NCBI RefSeq assembly: GCF_006345805.1
Contig: NC_043024.1
Coordinates: 17,174,001-17,238,000 of the forward strand
Direction: 5' to 3'
Origin: Octopus sinensis
Taxonomy: Eukaryota
Length of the DNA: 64,000 nt
How positions within the stretch are numbered: the stretch's first letter is position 1; each line of letters begins with the position of its first letter. The notes below the pieces were generated by a model, which was not told the DNA's origin, did no database searches, and saw only the letters and a program-made list of their open reading frames with translations. Positions 37,383 through 49,692 of the stretch are shown piece by piece. Made by a program: the position numbers and the translations under genes.

Positions 37383-37702
37383 ATTATAATTAGGGTTCAG
37401 CAAAAATTTGCTTCACCACATACCGAAATTTAAAAATAGCAGTTAAAGCTAACTATTTCACTACCATAAGAAAATCTCATAGATAGCAATACTCAACAAC
37501 CCACGCAGGTAAAGAGAGAAAAAAAAAAAACTAATGAATCAAAGCCGGGTGGATTCTTTTTTTTTCTCTCTCTTTACCTGCGTGGGTTGTTGAGTATTGC
37601 TATCTGGGAGATTTTCTTATGGTAGTGAAATAGTTAGTTTTAACTGCTATTTTAAATTTCGGTATGTGGTGAAGCAAATTTTTGCTGAACCCTGATTATA
37701 AT
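37383..37702. repeat. Inverted repeat, ~145-bp arms and a 26-nt spacer (37531-37556)
   Basis: Arms are reverse complements with few mismatches. Confidence 0.95.
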
Positions 37703-37752
37703 TATATATATATACCGGAGTTTTGTTGAATTTTCTGTTGCTTTAAATAAAG

Positions 37753-37788
<36 letters not shown>

Positions 37789-37841
37789 TACACACACATA
37801 TATATATGTGTGTGTGTGTGTATGCATTTAAATATGAGAGA

Positions 37842-38193
37842 AGGTGCATGGCTGAGTAGTTAGAGCATCAAGCTTATGATCATAAGGTTGTGAGTTCAAT
37901 TCCTGGACCGGACCAAGTGTTGTGTTCTTGAGCAAGACTTTTTATTTCATGTTCCTCCAGTTCACTCAGCTGTAGAAATGAGTTGCGATGTCACTGGTGC
38001 CAAGCTGTATTGGCCTTTGCCTTTCCCTTGGATAACATCGGTGGCATGGAGAAGGGAGACCGGTATGCATGGGCGACTGCTGGTCTTCCATAAAAACAAC
38101 CCTTGGTTGTGCATTATTCGTCAGTGAAGCAACTTTCTGCCCAGACTTGTACCTCAGAGGGGAACCTCTTGGGTGCATCCATGGTCATTCGTG
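37842..38193 (+). mobile_element. SINE-C
   Basis: Matches 47776-48106, with a small internal insertion. Confidence 0.8.
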
Positions 38194-38194
38194 A

Positions 38195-38400
38195 CCAATG
38201 GAGTGGAGGCACCTGTGCAGGTGGCATGTAAAAAGCACCCACTACACTCATGGAGTGGTTGGCATCCAGCTGTAGAAACACTGCCAGGTCAGACTGGGCC
38301 TAGCACAGCCTTCTGGCTTCCCAGACCCCAGTTGAACTGTCCAACCCATGCTAGTATGGAAAACGGACGTTAAACGATGATGATGATGATGATGATGATA
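38195..38400 (+). mobile_element. RTE-type 3' tail
   Basis: ccaacccatgctagtatggaaaacggacgttaaacgatgatgatg. Confidence 0.75.
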
Positions 38401-40391
38401 GGTGTAACATCTCGTTTAACGTCCATCTTCCACGCTGACATGGGTGGGATGGCTTGACAGGAACTGGTCAGATATATGTATATGTATATATATGTATATA
38501 TTTTCAAATTCCACCGAGATCGACTTTGACTTTCATCCTTTTGGGGTTGATAAATTTAGTACCAGTGAAACTCTGGGGGTCGATGTAATCGACGAGCCCC
38601 CCACCCCAAATTTGAGGCCTTGTGCCTCCAGTAGAAAGGATGTATTTATATGTGTGTGTGCATACGTATATGTGTGAATCTGTATATGTATGTGCTTTTT
38701 ATGAGCACATATATGTATATGTATGTGCTTTTTTTGAGGGGTGAGTGTTAGCTTTATGTACAACTGTGTATGCATGTCTAGGCATATCTGTATATACATG
38801 TATGTGTAAATATATTCATATACATGTGTGTGTGTGTTTGAATATGTCCATATTGTCTGTCTGAACCAATAACCTCCATGCATTTTATTGGAGTTTTTTT
38901 TTATGCCCATATACTTGTGGCTACATGTGTGTGTATATATATGGTTTTATGTGTGACTAAAAAACATGTGTCAAATTCTAAATGTGCCTATGCATGTATA
39001 TGTTGTGAGTGTGTCTCTATGTTTGAAGTATGCGTCTTTGTATATGTATGTGTATGTGTCTGTCTGCATGTCACTATCTGCGTGTGTACTTATGTCTGTG
39101 TGTGTGTGTGTGTGTACCTTTCTATGTTGTGTGTGTGTGTGTGTGTGTACCTTTCTATGTTGTGTGTGTGTGTGCCAGCCAATAATATCAGTTTTCTAAA
39201 GCAATCTTGTTAGTTTATGGAAATAACCAACAGCTGGTCAGTCTGCAAAGAATAAAAACAATTAAATTATGCATTATTTGGTACATTCGCTTTGGAATCT
39301 TAATCACTTTGATGTGTAATATGTTGTGATGACTACAAAACATTTTCTAAAATATTATGCAAAAATATTAAATTGTGTGAGGTTTAGGATGCCATGCTGT
39401 AGGATTGAACCTGGGACCCTCACATAGGGAAGCAAACATCCTACCACATTTCTTCCTTCAAATCCTTTTAATCCGTTTCTTTCCATTGTGTGTTTGTGTG
39501 TGTATGTGTGTGTGTGTGTGCAAGTGTTTCTGTATATATGTGTGTTTATATATATATATATCTGTGCGCGCGCATGTATGTGTGTCTATGTATATATGTA
39601 TGTGCGTTTATCTATATATGTGTGTGCATGTGTGTGTCTATGTATGTTTATATATATGTGTGTGTGTGTCTCCTTGTCTTGATATCACATGATAGTTGTA
39701 AATGAGTGTCACTGTCTTACATGTGGTGTCATTCATTTCCAATCTTCTACAAAAACATGTCTGGCCTTGAAGAAATATTCCCTTGCTTGGAAACAGCTTC
39801 TTCAAGCCAGAAACGTAATGTGAATGCTTGCAACAGAATGAACACTGCCAGAAAGGGTGCCAAAAGTGTCAAGTGGCGATGTTTGGGTGGACGATGGGTA
39901 AAAATCTATCACCGAAGTAATCCCTAATGGGATTTGAACTCGAAATGTAGTGAGATGGAACAAATACTGGAAGATATCTGGTTTGTTGTCTTTACACTTC
40001 CATCTATTTACTGCCTTGAATTGGTAGATTTCTTCTTTTTTATATTGGCCCTAAAATGCAAAGATGACCTCAGCAGGATTTGAACTCAGAGAGTCAGATG
40101 TCAAAACAAATACCATGAGGTATTCTACAGATCACCATTTCACACTCGTAGTTTATTTATCAACCTCCAGAAGGATGAGAGGCAATGTTTGACTTGGCAG
40201 GATTTGAACTCCAGACACAGGAATACAACTCAGCACTCAAACATTCCAACAGTTCAGTGAATCAATAAGCATCACATTTGGAAGAATAGTATGAATGCTT
40301 TAGGGTTAAAGACTTAAAAAAAAAAAAAATATTAAAGGATGAGTGGACCTTAGCAGGATTTGAACCCTAAATGAAGAGAGCCAAAACAAAT

Positions 40392-40618
40392 AATTTAATA
40401 TATTCTTTTCTACTCTAGGCACAATACCTGTAATTTTTGGGGAGTGGGGTCAGTCAATTAGATCGACTCCAGTACACAACTGGTATTTAATTTATCAGCC
40501 TCGAAAGGATGAAAAGCAAAGTTGACCTTGGCAGAATTTGAACTCAGAATGTAAAGACAGACGAAATACTGCTAAGCATTTCACCCGGCGTGATAACGTT
40601 TCTGCCAGCTCGCAGCCT
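40392..40618 (-). mobile_element. SINE-A (tail-2)
   Basis: Full head, core and tail. Confidence 0.85.
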
Positions 40619-40721
40619 TATATGATTTAATATATTCTATTTCAGCCCTTCTCTTCACACAACACCATCTGTGTGTTACTTTCTTAATCATAAGTAGTCA
40701 TTAAAATCTTACAAAAGTTGG

Positions 40722-40945
40722 CAAACTGGCAGAATCATCAGCATGCTGGGCAAAATGCTTAGCAGCCTAACATCTGTCTTCATGTTCTGGATTCAAATTC
40801 CATCGAGGTTGACTTGGTTTTTCATTCTTTCAGGATCAATAAAACAAGTACCAGTTGAATCTTGGATGGCAGGTGGTGGGGTCAATGTAATCGACTTAGC
40901 CCCTCTCCTGAAATCGCTGGCCTTATGCCTAAATTTGACATTATT
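40722..40945 (+). mobile_element. SINE-A (diverged)
   Basis: Head and core recognisable. Confidence 0.75.
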
Positions 40946-40961
40946 ACCAAAATCTAATGAG

Positions 40962-41102
40962 TTTTATGTTTTAATTCTTTGTTGTTGATTTTGTTCTTGT
41001 TTCTATTTCATTTCAAATAATGTATTTTATTTTTGCCTTTGTTTCTTTTTCCAGGTAAGTGACTTTTACAAAGAATTGTTGCCATTCGAACACACAGTAA
41101 GG
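40962..41102 (+). other. Candidate recursive splice site (AG|GT at 41054/41055) with a 42-nt cryptic or micro-exon 41055-41096
   Basis: 91-nt AG-free pyrimidine-rich zone ending tttgtttctttttccag, immediately followed by GTAAGT; second donor GTAAGG at 41097. Confidence 0.55.
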
Positions 41103-41914
41103 AAACCTCTTGCCCAGTTGTTGTTTAGGCCATCAGGCCATTCTTGATTAAAGCAGCAGACTTTTTGGTAACAGCCATTCCAGCCATGACCAACCTGTCA
41201 TTGTTTAAGGTATGATGTATCTAAGACTACAATCTCCTAGAATCATATTTCTCTCCATATTTAAGGTGGGGATGTGGTGAAGAGGATGAGTTACTTTTAG
41301 GTCATAGATTTGACCCAAACATTTGCAACAGAATGAGCTCTGCAAATGTTACCCAAGGAGGGTCAGTTTTGGAGGGCTTCAGATAAGTGATGGCTTTAGT
41401 ACACCACCCAAGAACATTCAAGGATGGTACCCACCAACAGTCTTCCACACTATTTCTGTCTATAAAATTCCACTCATAAAGTTTAGCTTTAGCCAAAGCT
41501 ATGGCAGAAAACATTTTCCCCAAAGTGACATGCAATGAGATTGAACCTGGTCCGCATGGGTGTAACACAAACTCCTTAACTGCACAACCTTGCCTGTTGC
41601 TCCATCTACAGTCTTTACTCATGTATCATACATCCATCCAGATCAGGTGATTTTCCCCGGCCAATGTAAATCTTCCATGCCATATGTCTGGTCTGGATTT
41701 TAATCACATTGGTCTTTCATTCACTGAAATATCTCATCTGCAGATGCTATGGATACAGATGAGGAGAACAGTTCACTAAGTGACCTGGTTGATCCTGACT
41801 GTTGACAGTTTGTTATCTTGCTCATCTTCTCAGCATCTTGTGATATTTGTTATTGGTCTCAATAAATTCATCGGCTGAAATAGTTTATGCTTCACAACTA
41901 GTGATGGTGTTTTT

Positions 41915-42300
41915 TTACTCTTTTACTTGTTTCAGTCATTGGACTGTGGCCATGTTTGAGCACCACCTTTAGTCAAACAAATCGATCCCCGAACTTATTC
42001 TTTGTAAGCTTAATACTTATTCTGTCTTGTTTGCCAAACTGCTAAGTTAATGGGATGTAAACGCACTAACATCAGTTGTCAAGCGATAGCGGGGGACTAA
42101 CAGACACACAAACATATACATACATATATATATATGTGTATATATGATGGGCTTCTTTCAGTTTCCGTCTACCAAATCCGCTCACAAGGCTATGGTTGGC
42201 CTGAGGCTATAGTAGAAGACACTTGCCCAAGGTACACAGAGTGGGACTGAACCTGAAACAATGTGGTTGAGAAGCAAACTTCTTACCACACTGCCACACC
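41915..42300 (-). mobile_element. SINE-B
   Basis: Full length on the minus strand. Confidence 0.85.
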
Positions 42301-42672
42301 TCTGCTTATGTGCCTGTCACTTAGCAGCTCAACAAAACAGACCAATAGAATAAGTACCGAGCTTTAAAAATAAAGTACTGGAGTTCATTCATTTGACTAA
42401 GACTCCTTTCAAGTGGTGCCCAAGCATGACCACAGTCTAATGACTGACACAAGTAAAATATCCTCCATGCTGCATCTGATGATTTCAATGTATCCAAGAC
42501 TTATATGCAAATAATGTGAAAACTATGTGCTGGTATGCCGGAACGATGCCTACTTAAGAGTAAAATTCAAATATTAAAAAGAAGCAGCGTTAGTGTAATA
42601 AACATTATCGACCACATATACTTAACATATATATGCTATTTAACCCATAATTACACTATCATTATTATTATT

Positions 42673-43227
42673 GAGTGAGAGAGCAGTTCATACCATCAAA
42701 GTGACACTGGGGTAAAATATACGAAGCCCAATATACCCATCATGACTAGCCGTCTGATAAGGGTACACCAGGCACATGCATCACAACCATATGTGCGCGA
42801 CATGGTGATCTCATATCAAGATAAACAGCACATGACCTTGCAGGTGGGGCCCAGTTAGAATTTTCTTCAGGTTGAGTAGCCCATCCCGCTCAAAAGGTCC
42901 CTGAATAAGGGTTGTTTAAGGATGTTGAAAGAACCACCCATGTTTCCAGAGGTGACTTATTAAAACCCCAAAGAATCCCTCTCAACACATGGCTATGATG
43001 CTCCCCCACTACTTCTGCTCATGATCAGAGATGCATATATCGTCAGCCACTAAGGGACATGCTCAACTGGTTAAGGACAAACAACTGACAAGCAAATCTG
43101 TGGTATTGAGCAGAATATTTGCTGTAGCCCATCTTTTATACCAAGACAAAACAATGTACATGATAACACTTCCAATCAGTTAAGATCAGAAGCCATGAGA
43201 GCCACTGCCTGGTACTGCATCAGGGCA
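42673..43227 (-). mobile_element. TAA-element, full length
   Basis: Reverse complement of 1633-2181; (ATT)n on both flanks. Confidence 0.85.
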
Positions 43228-43228
43228 T

Positions 43229-43850
43229 TTATTATTATTATTATTATTATTATATGTCTGACTTTTGCTTTGTATTATTGCAAGTTGACTCCAAGTCTCA
43301 CCCAGGTACCTCAAGAGATGACAAGTGAGAAGTTCATGTTGGTGTTATGCTTAGCGTGTCATATATTTGGTGTTCTACATAATATTGCTCAAGAGGTGGA
43401 GGCACATGGCTTAGTCGTTAGAGAAGTGGATTCACGGTCAAGGGATTGTGGGTTCGAATCTCTGACCAGGCGATGTGTGTGCTTATGAATGAAATGCCTA
43501 AGCTCCATGCGTCTCCGGCAGAAGGTAATAGCGAACTTCTGCTGCCTCTTTCGCCACAACTTTCTCTCACTCTGTCCTCCTGCATCTTGCCGCTCACCTG
43601 CAACAACACTGTGTCCCATCCAGGTGGGGAACATATACGCCAAGGAGACCGGGAAACCGGCCCTAATGAGCTAAGCATGGCTTGAGAAGGAAGAAGAATT
43701 GCTCCAGAGAATGTTTAAGAAAACATGAGAAAATTATGCGTTTGTTTCAAAATTTGAGATTAAATAGACAGTAGTTTACGTAGGATATGGGCAGTTCCCA
43801 TGAGCATTATCTTTTGAATTTTTGCCATTTTGGGGTTTCCTGGTACCTGA
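43229..43850 (-). mobile_element. R4/Dong LINE 3' end (C-terminus, 3' UTR and (AAT)n tail), split by a SINE-D
   Basis: QVPGNPKMAKIQKIMLMGTAHILRKLLSI-stop, homologous to LQKAMLLGTAGILRRVLGI-stop at the end of the 46290-49248 LINE. Confidence 0.7.
43396..43697 (+). mobile_element. SINE-D with a 12-bp target-site duplication
   Basis: attgctcaagag (43384-43395) and attgctccagag (43698-43709). Confidence 0.85.
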
Positions 43851-44584
43851 GAAAAATGAAATCATTATTATTATTATCGTCGTCATTATTATTATTATCA
43901 TCAGCATCATCATCATTATTATCATTATTATTATTGTTGTTGTTGTTCTTCTTCTTCATCTCCAGTAATCTTATTGCATACTTCCACTGCACTCTCGTAG
44001 TGCATTTCTGCACTATTATCATGTATATCATTTTATTGTTTTTTTCTCTGTATATCCTTTTGTCCTGGCTGTTCTCTCTATAAGTTGTTTCAGTATAGCA
44101 GTTAATGGTGCTGCCTCTTATGGGAAACCCTGATCTGTGGCTCACAAAATTTGTATTATTCTGTAAAAGTCATCTAGCATATGGTAAATACATGTAAGGT
44201 TATACCTATCTGAAGAAGTTTGATAGCGTTGGAACATGTCTGGACTCATCTCCCTTATATAGAATTATTCATTCATGCAAATGATTTATTTTTTTCTTTA
44301 TTACAGACATAATTAACTTTGTTAACTAAATATTTTTGATTTCCAGCTCACAGAATTTACCTAATTATGTAGATATGTATTGTGTAGCTGTATGTGTGTG
44401 TATGTGTACTGCTGAGTGGGAATGTGTATATGCTTGTGTGCATGTGTGTGTGTGTATGAATCTGTATGACTATGAGTGTATTTGAGTCTCTCTTCATGTG
44501 TTTGTGTGTGTGTATGAGTTTGTGTATTATGTTCCTCTGTGTGTATAGGTGCGTGTGAAAGAGAGTATATAAATATATATATAT

Positions 44585-44646
<62 letters not shown>

Positions 44647-44715
44647 GTGTGTGTGTGCATGTGTAATTTGTATTAGCAAATATATATATATATATGTATG
44701 TGTATCTCTCTCTCC

Positions 44716-44747
<32 letters not shown>

Positions 44748-45069
44748 ACTTATTCGTGAGAGATTATCAGTCCAGGCAAAATACTTTATAAGCTCTCTGT
44801 TAAAGCACTAGGCTAACAGTATTGGTTAGATTAGGATAGAACTCTGCATGTTCTTGTAGCAGGGTCCTATGTTATAGTTTATCACTATTCTATATTGTAA
44901 ATCCGTGGTTGGGTTCAGTTGTACCAGTTTTTACACAGAGTGATATGCAAGAGAAAGCATATATATAAGGGTTATTACATATTTTTCTACAATAAAGAAA
45001 AATGTATATAATGGCCATTATTAATGCCTTGTCTTGTATAATATTTATATATATATATCTATACATATA

Positions 45070-45445
45070 TGGCTGTGTGGTAAGTAGCTTGCTTACCAAC
45101 CACATGGTTCTGGGTTCAGTCCCACTGCATGACACCTTGGGCAAGTGTCTTCTACTATAGCGTCGGGCTGACCAAAGCCTTGTGAGTGGATTTGGTAGAT
45201 GGAAACTGAAAGAAGCCCATCGTATATATGTATATATATATGTATGTGTGTGTATATGTTTGTGTGTCTGTGTTTGTCCCCACAACATCACGTGACAACC
45301 GATGCTGGTGCCTTTACGTCCCTGTAACTTAGCGGTTCAGCAAAAGAGACAGGCTTACAAAGAATAAGTCCTGGGGTCGATTTGCTCGACTAAATGCGGT
45401 GCTCCAGCATGGCTGCAGTCAAATGACTGAAAGAAGTAAAAGAGT
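45070..45445 (+). mobile_element. SINE-B
   Basis: Full length. Confidence 0.85.
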
Positions 45446-45637
45446 ATATATATATGTACACAAATTCACATGCACGCACGCACACACACACACACACACA
45501 CATGCACACAAATTCACATGTGTGTCTGTGTATGTGTGTGTGTGTGTGTGTGTGTAAGATTACACATATACATATAATTAAGGAAGAGAAATAGGTATTC
45601 AATTCATGCTGCATATGTTTCAGTGTCATGGCAATTT

Positions 45638-45858
45638 AAAGGCGGCAAGCTGGCAGAAACATTAGTACACTGACCAAAATGCTTAGCGGTATTTCATCTG
45701 ACTTTATGTCCTGAATTCAAATTCTGCTGATGTCAACTTTGCCCTTCATCCTTTCAGGGTCGATAGATTAAGTACCAGTTGTGTACTAGGGCTGATCTAA
45801 TTGACTAGCCCTCTCCTCCCAAAACTTTTGGGCCTTGTGCCTAGAGTAGAAAAGAATA
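45638..45858 (+). mobile_element. SINE-A (tail-2)
   Basis: Full length. Confidence 0.85.
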
Positions 45859-46289
45859 TCATGGAAATTTATTTTCACTCATTGTATTACATCATTATTT
45901 TATGTGCTAAATTGTCTGCTATCTCATCAGGCATCTTTGACCCATTTGAAGACAAAAAAAAAGAAAGATCAATCTGTAAAGAGAATGCTGTCCCTAGAAA
46001 TATCAGGAGACTGCTATTGGTATCACTGTTTAGGTATTCTACAACTGAGTATCTTTTGAGTTAGTTGATAAGTAGCTGATATGCCTCCAGCCAAAGAAGT
46101 CCTTCTGCTGCCAAGTAATCATTAAATTAAATACAACACCATTAAAGCAGACATACAAGAAGAAAAAGGAAACAATAATATATATATATATGATATTATT
46201 AAGTAAGAAAATGGAGAGATTTAATGGTTATAAATTAATTTATTAACATTTTTAGTAAGTCCTACAATTGTATCAATTCACACTCAAAT

Positions 46290-49270
46290 AATCACAAGAT
46301 TTTAGAATAAAATAAGTTTGCATTTTGAAGATTTGGAGTAAATCTTCAAAGTGCAAAGATACTTAGTCAAAAAGAAAAGATTTGGGACAGTAATAGAAGA
46401 GTTGAAACAGTGTATCATAGCAGTTACAGGCAAGATCTCCAGATATCAGAAATGAATAGACCAATATCAACAGAATAGATTATTTGAGACAGCTCAGTGA
46501 AGATTTTGTAGCCAAATAAATAGTGGAGAACAAAGTACTGAAGATGAGAAACCTAATGCAGAAGAAGCTAGAAAGTTCTGAAGTAATATTTGGGATAAGC
46601 CAGTCAATCATAATGGAGATGCAGTATGGCTAACGAAAGTGAGGGAAGAAGAAGTGAGTGATAAGCAGCCAGATCTAAGACTAACTAGTGCATTAATGAG
46701 TAAAGTGTTAGGAAAAATGCCAAATTGGAAGGGCCCAGGACCACATTTAGTTCAAGAGTACAAGTTAAGAAATTTAGTAGTTTACATGGGGGCTGGGGGA
46801 ACAACTTCAGGATTGCCTTAATTAAGGAATAATACCATATTGGATTACTAGAGGGAGGACAATACTTATTATGCAAGATAAGACCCATGGTAATACAGCT
46901 AACAACTATTGACCAATCATTTGCTTACCATTAGTGTGGAAACTGTTAACAGGAATGCTTTCAGAAAGCATTTACAAGCACCTTGACAATCAGAATTTAC
47001 TGCCAGAAGAACAGAAAAGTTGCAAGAAGAAGGCTAGAGGAACACACAATCTATTATACACAGACAAAGCAGTTCTAAATAAAGTAAAAGCTAGAAGAAA
47101 AATCTAACAATTACATGGAAAGATTATAGGAAAGCCTACAGCATGATCTCACACTCATGGATAAGTGAATGTTTGAGTATATTCAGTATAGCAGACAACA
47201 TAAAAGAATTAATTAGCTTTAGCATGAAAAAATGGATAGTAGATCTCTACTGAGATGACACACTCCTAGAGAAAGTAAATATCAAAAGAGGAATTTTCCA
47301 GGGGGACACATTACCCTCTTCAATATTTGTCTTATGTTTGATCCCCCTCATTTGAATATTAAGGAAGGTAAAGGCAGGGTATCAATTTAGAAATAGTAAG
47401 GGGAAAATTCACCATTTGCTCTACATTGATGATCTGAAACTTTAGTAAGAATGAAAATGAGATAGATCCCTTATTACAAACTGTAAGACTCTTCAGCAAA
47501 GATGTAGGCATGGAATTTAGCATAGATAAGTGTGCAATATTAATCATGAGAAGGGGACAGGTAGTCAACAGTGAAGGCATCCAATTACCAGATGGCCAGA
47601 CAATAAAATCATTAAAAGGAGAAGAGAGTTATAAGTATCTAGGAGTATTAGAATCTGACAGAGTACTAGCTACAGAAATGAAAACAAATATTGAGAAGGA
47701 GTACATCAGAAGGGTGAGGAAGCTAAATGGTCTGAATCTAAGGAAGGCTGTAAATACTTGGGCAGTATCATTACTGGTTCAGTGGTTAGAGCGTCGAGCT
47801 TACGATCGTGAGATTGTGAGCTCGAATCCCAGACCGGGCTGCGTGTTGTGTTCTTGAGCAAAGCACTTTATTTCACGTTGCTCCAGTTCACTCAGCTGTA
47901 GAAATGAGTTGCAACGTCACTGGTGCCAAGCTGTATCGACCTTTGTCTTTCCCTTGGATAACACTGGTGGCGTGGAGAGGGGAGGCTGGTATGCATGGGC
48001 GACTGCTGGTCTTCCATAAACAACCTTGCCCGGACTTGTGTCTAGGAGGGTAACTTTCTAGGTGCAATCCCATGGTCATTCATGACCGAAGGGGGTCTTT
48101 ACCCTTTATCATTACTTAGATACTCAGCAGCTTTTGTAAGTTGGACAAAAACTGAATTAGCAAAGCTACACAGAAGAACTAGGAAGAAATTCAATATGAA
48201 TGAAGGACTCCTCCCAAGGGCAGGAGTAGCAAGATGATACCTACCAAGAAAGGAAGGGGAAAGAGGATTAATATCAGTAGAAGACTGTGTGGAGTTAGCT
48301 AGAGGAGATATAGACTCCTATGTAGGTAATTGGGAAGAAAGTTTATTAAGAGCTGCTAGAGTCATATCATGACATAGGGAAACTGGAAACCCAAACAAAA
48401 TTAAAAACCAGAAAAAAGAACAGAAATTATCTGACTGTTTGGAGAAGGTGTTGCATGGTAGATTCCCTAAGATAGTTGCAGCAAATAGTAGTAGTGAGGC
48501 ATGGCTATGGTTGCAGAAAGGAAAACTGAAAAGAGAGACAGAAAGTTTTTTAGCAGCAGCACAAGATCAAGCATTAAGAACTAATTGGATAAAAGCCAAG
48601 TTAGACAAAAACTAAGTAGATTCCCAATGATAGTTATGCAAATTAAAAGAGGAAAGTGTTATTCATATAGAAAGTGAATGTAGCTTGCTGGCACAGAAAG
48701 AATACAAGAAAAGACATGGCAACCTAGGGAGAATAATCCACTGGAAGTTATGTAGAGAGCTAGGATTTGAACATACTGATAAATGGTATGAACATGAACC
48801 TAGTAAAGCACTAGAAAGTAAGAAATACAAGATGTTGTGGGACGTTAACATTCAGACTGACAGAGTAATAGAAGCTAGAAGGTCTGGTTTAGTAGTAGTA
48901 GACAAAGAGAATAGAAATTGCCAAATAATTGACTTTACAGTCCTAAATGATGAAAAATATGAGAAGTATAGAAAAAATAGCCAAGTGCCAGGACCTATCC
49001 ATTGAATTACAGAGACACTGGAAAGTGTGGGTACAATGTATCCCAGTAGTTGTTGATGCATTGAGAACTATCCCTAAAGATTTGAACAGATGGATAGAGG
49101 AAATAGGCATAAAACCCAGTTTAGTAGCTCCAGAAAGCAATGTTACTAGGGACAGCTGGGATACTTAGGAGGGTTCTTGGCATCTAAGGTTACTTGTTGT
49201 TAGGAATTTTTCTTCTCCAACAGTTTAATCTCTTGTATGTGTATGAAAATAATAATAATAATAATAATCA
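46290..49270 (+). pseudogene. Decayed R4/Dong-clade LINE (RT, zinc knuckle and restriction-like endonuclease) with (TAA)n tail
   Basis: IEELKQ..QNRLFET; WKDYRKAY..HSWI; RGIFQGD; HLLYIDDLK; YKYLG; KRHGNLGRIIHWKLC; LWDVNIQTD; GTAGILRRVL; many stops and frameshifts. Confidence 0.9.
47776..48106 (+). mobile_element. Young SINE-C inserted into the R4 RT domain with a 10-bp TSD
   Basis: tatcattact at 47766-47775 and 48107-48116; removing the insert restores NTWAVSLLRYSA. Confidence 0.9.
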
Positions 49271-49472
49271 TGGACTATGGGAAATATTCTGATCAGTACC
49301 ACAGAGTTGCTTGTCAGTTGCTTGACCATAACCAGTTGGGCATGTCCCTTAGTGGCTGACGATATGTGCATCTCTAATCATAAGCAGAAGTTGTGGGGGA
49401 GCATGATGGGTATACTGGGCTTTGTGTATTTTACCCCAGTGTCACTTTGATGGCATGCGCTGCCCTCTCACT
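49270..49472 (+). mobile_element. TAA-element, 5'-truncated and internally deleted, lying in the R4 tail
   Basis: Keeps gaaatattctg..gcttgtcagttg and the 3' end cccagtgtcactttgatggcatg. Confidence 0.8.
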
Positions 49473-49474
49473 TG

Positions 49475-49520
<46 letters not shown>

Positions 49521-49692
49521 TGATAATGGCTTTAAATTTTGCCACAAGTGCAGCTATTTTATGAGAGGAAATAAGTCGATTACATCAACCCAAGTGTTTC
49601 ACTGGTACTTAATTTATTGACCCTTGACAGGATGAAAGACAAAATCAACCTCAGCAGAATTTGAACTCAGAATGTAGCAATGAGTAAAATAC

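Noticed and set aside
41700-41900. Possible mariner catalytic-domain remnant on the minus strand
   Set aside because: Similarity too weak and stop-ridden to support
43396-43470. tRNA genes at SINE heads (also 47776, 27651, 31494)
   Set aside because: A/B boxes continue directly into repeated SINE bodies; no complete cloverleaf or terminator evident
43840-43865. Minus-strand tttttctcag|gtacca recursive-like site
   Set aside because: Lies at the edge of the R4 coding remnant and the donor is weak
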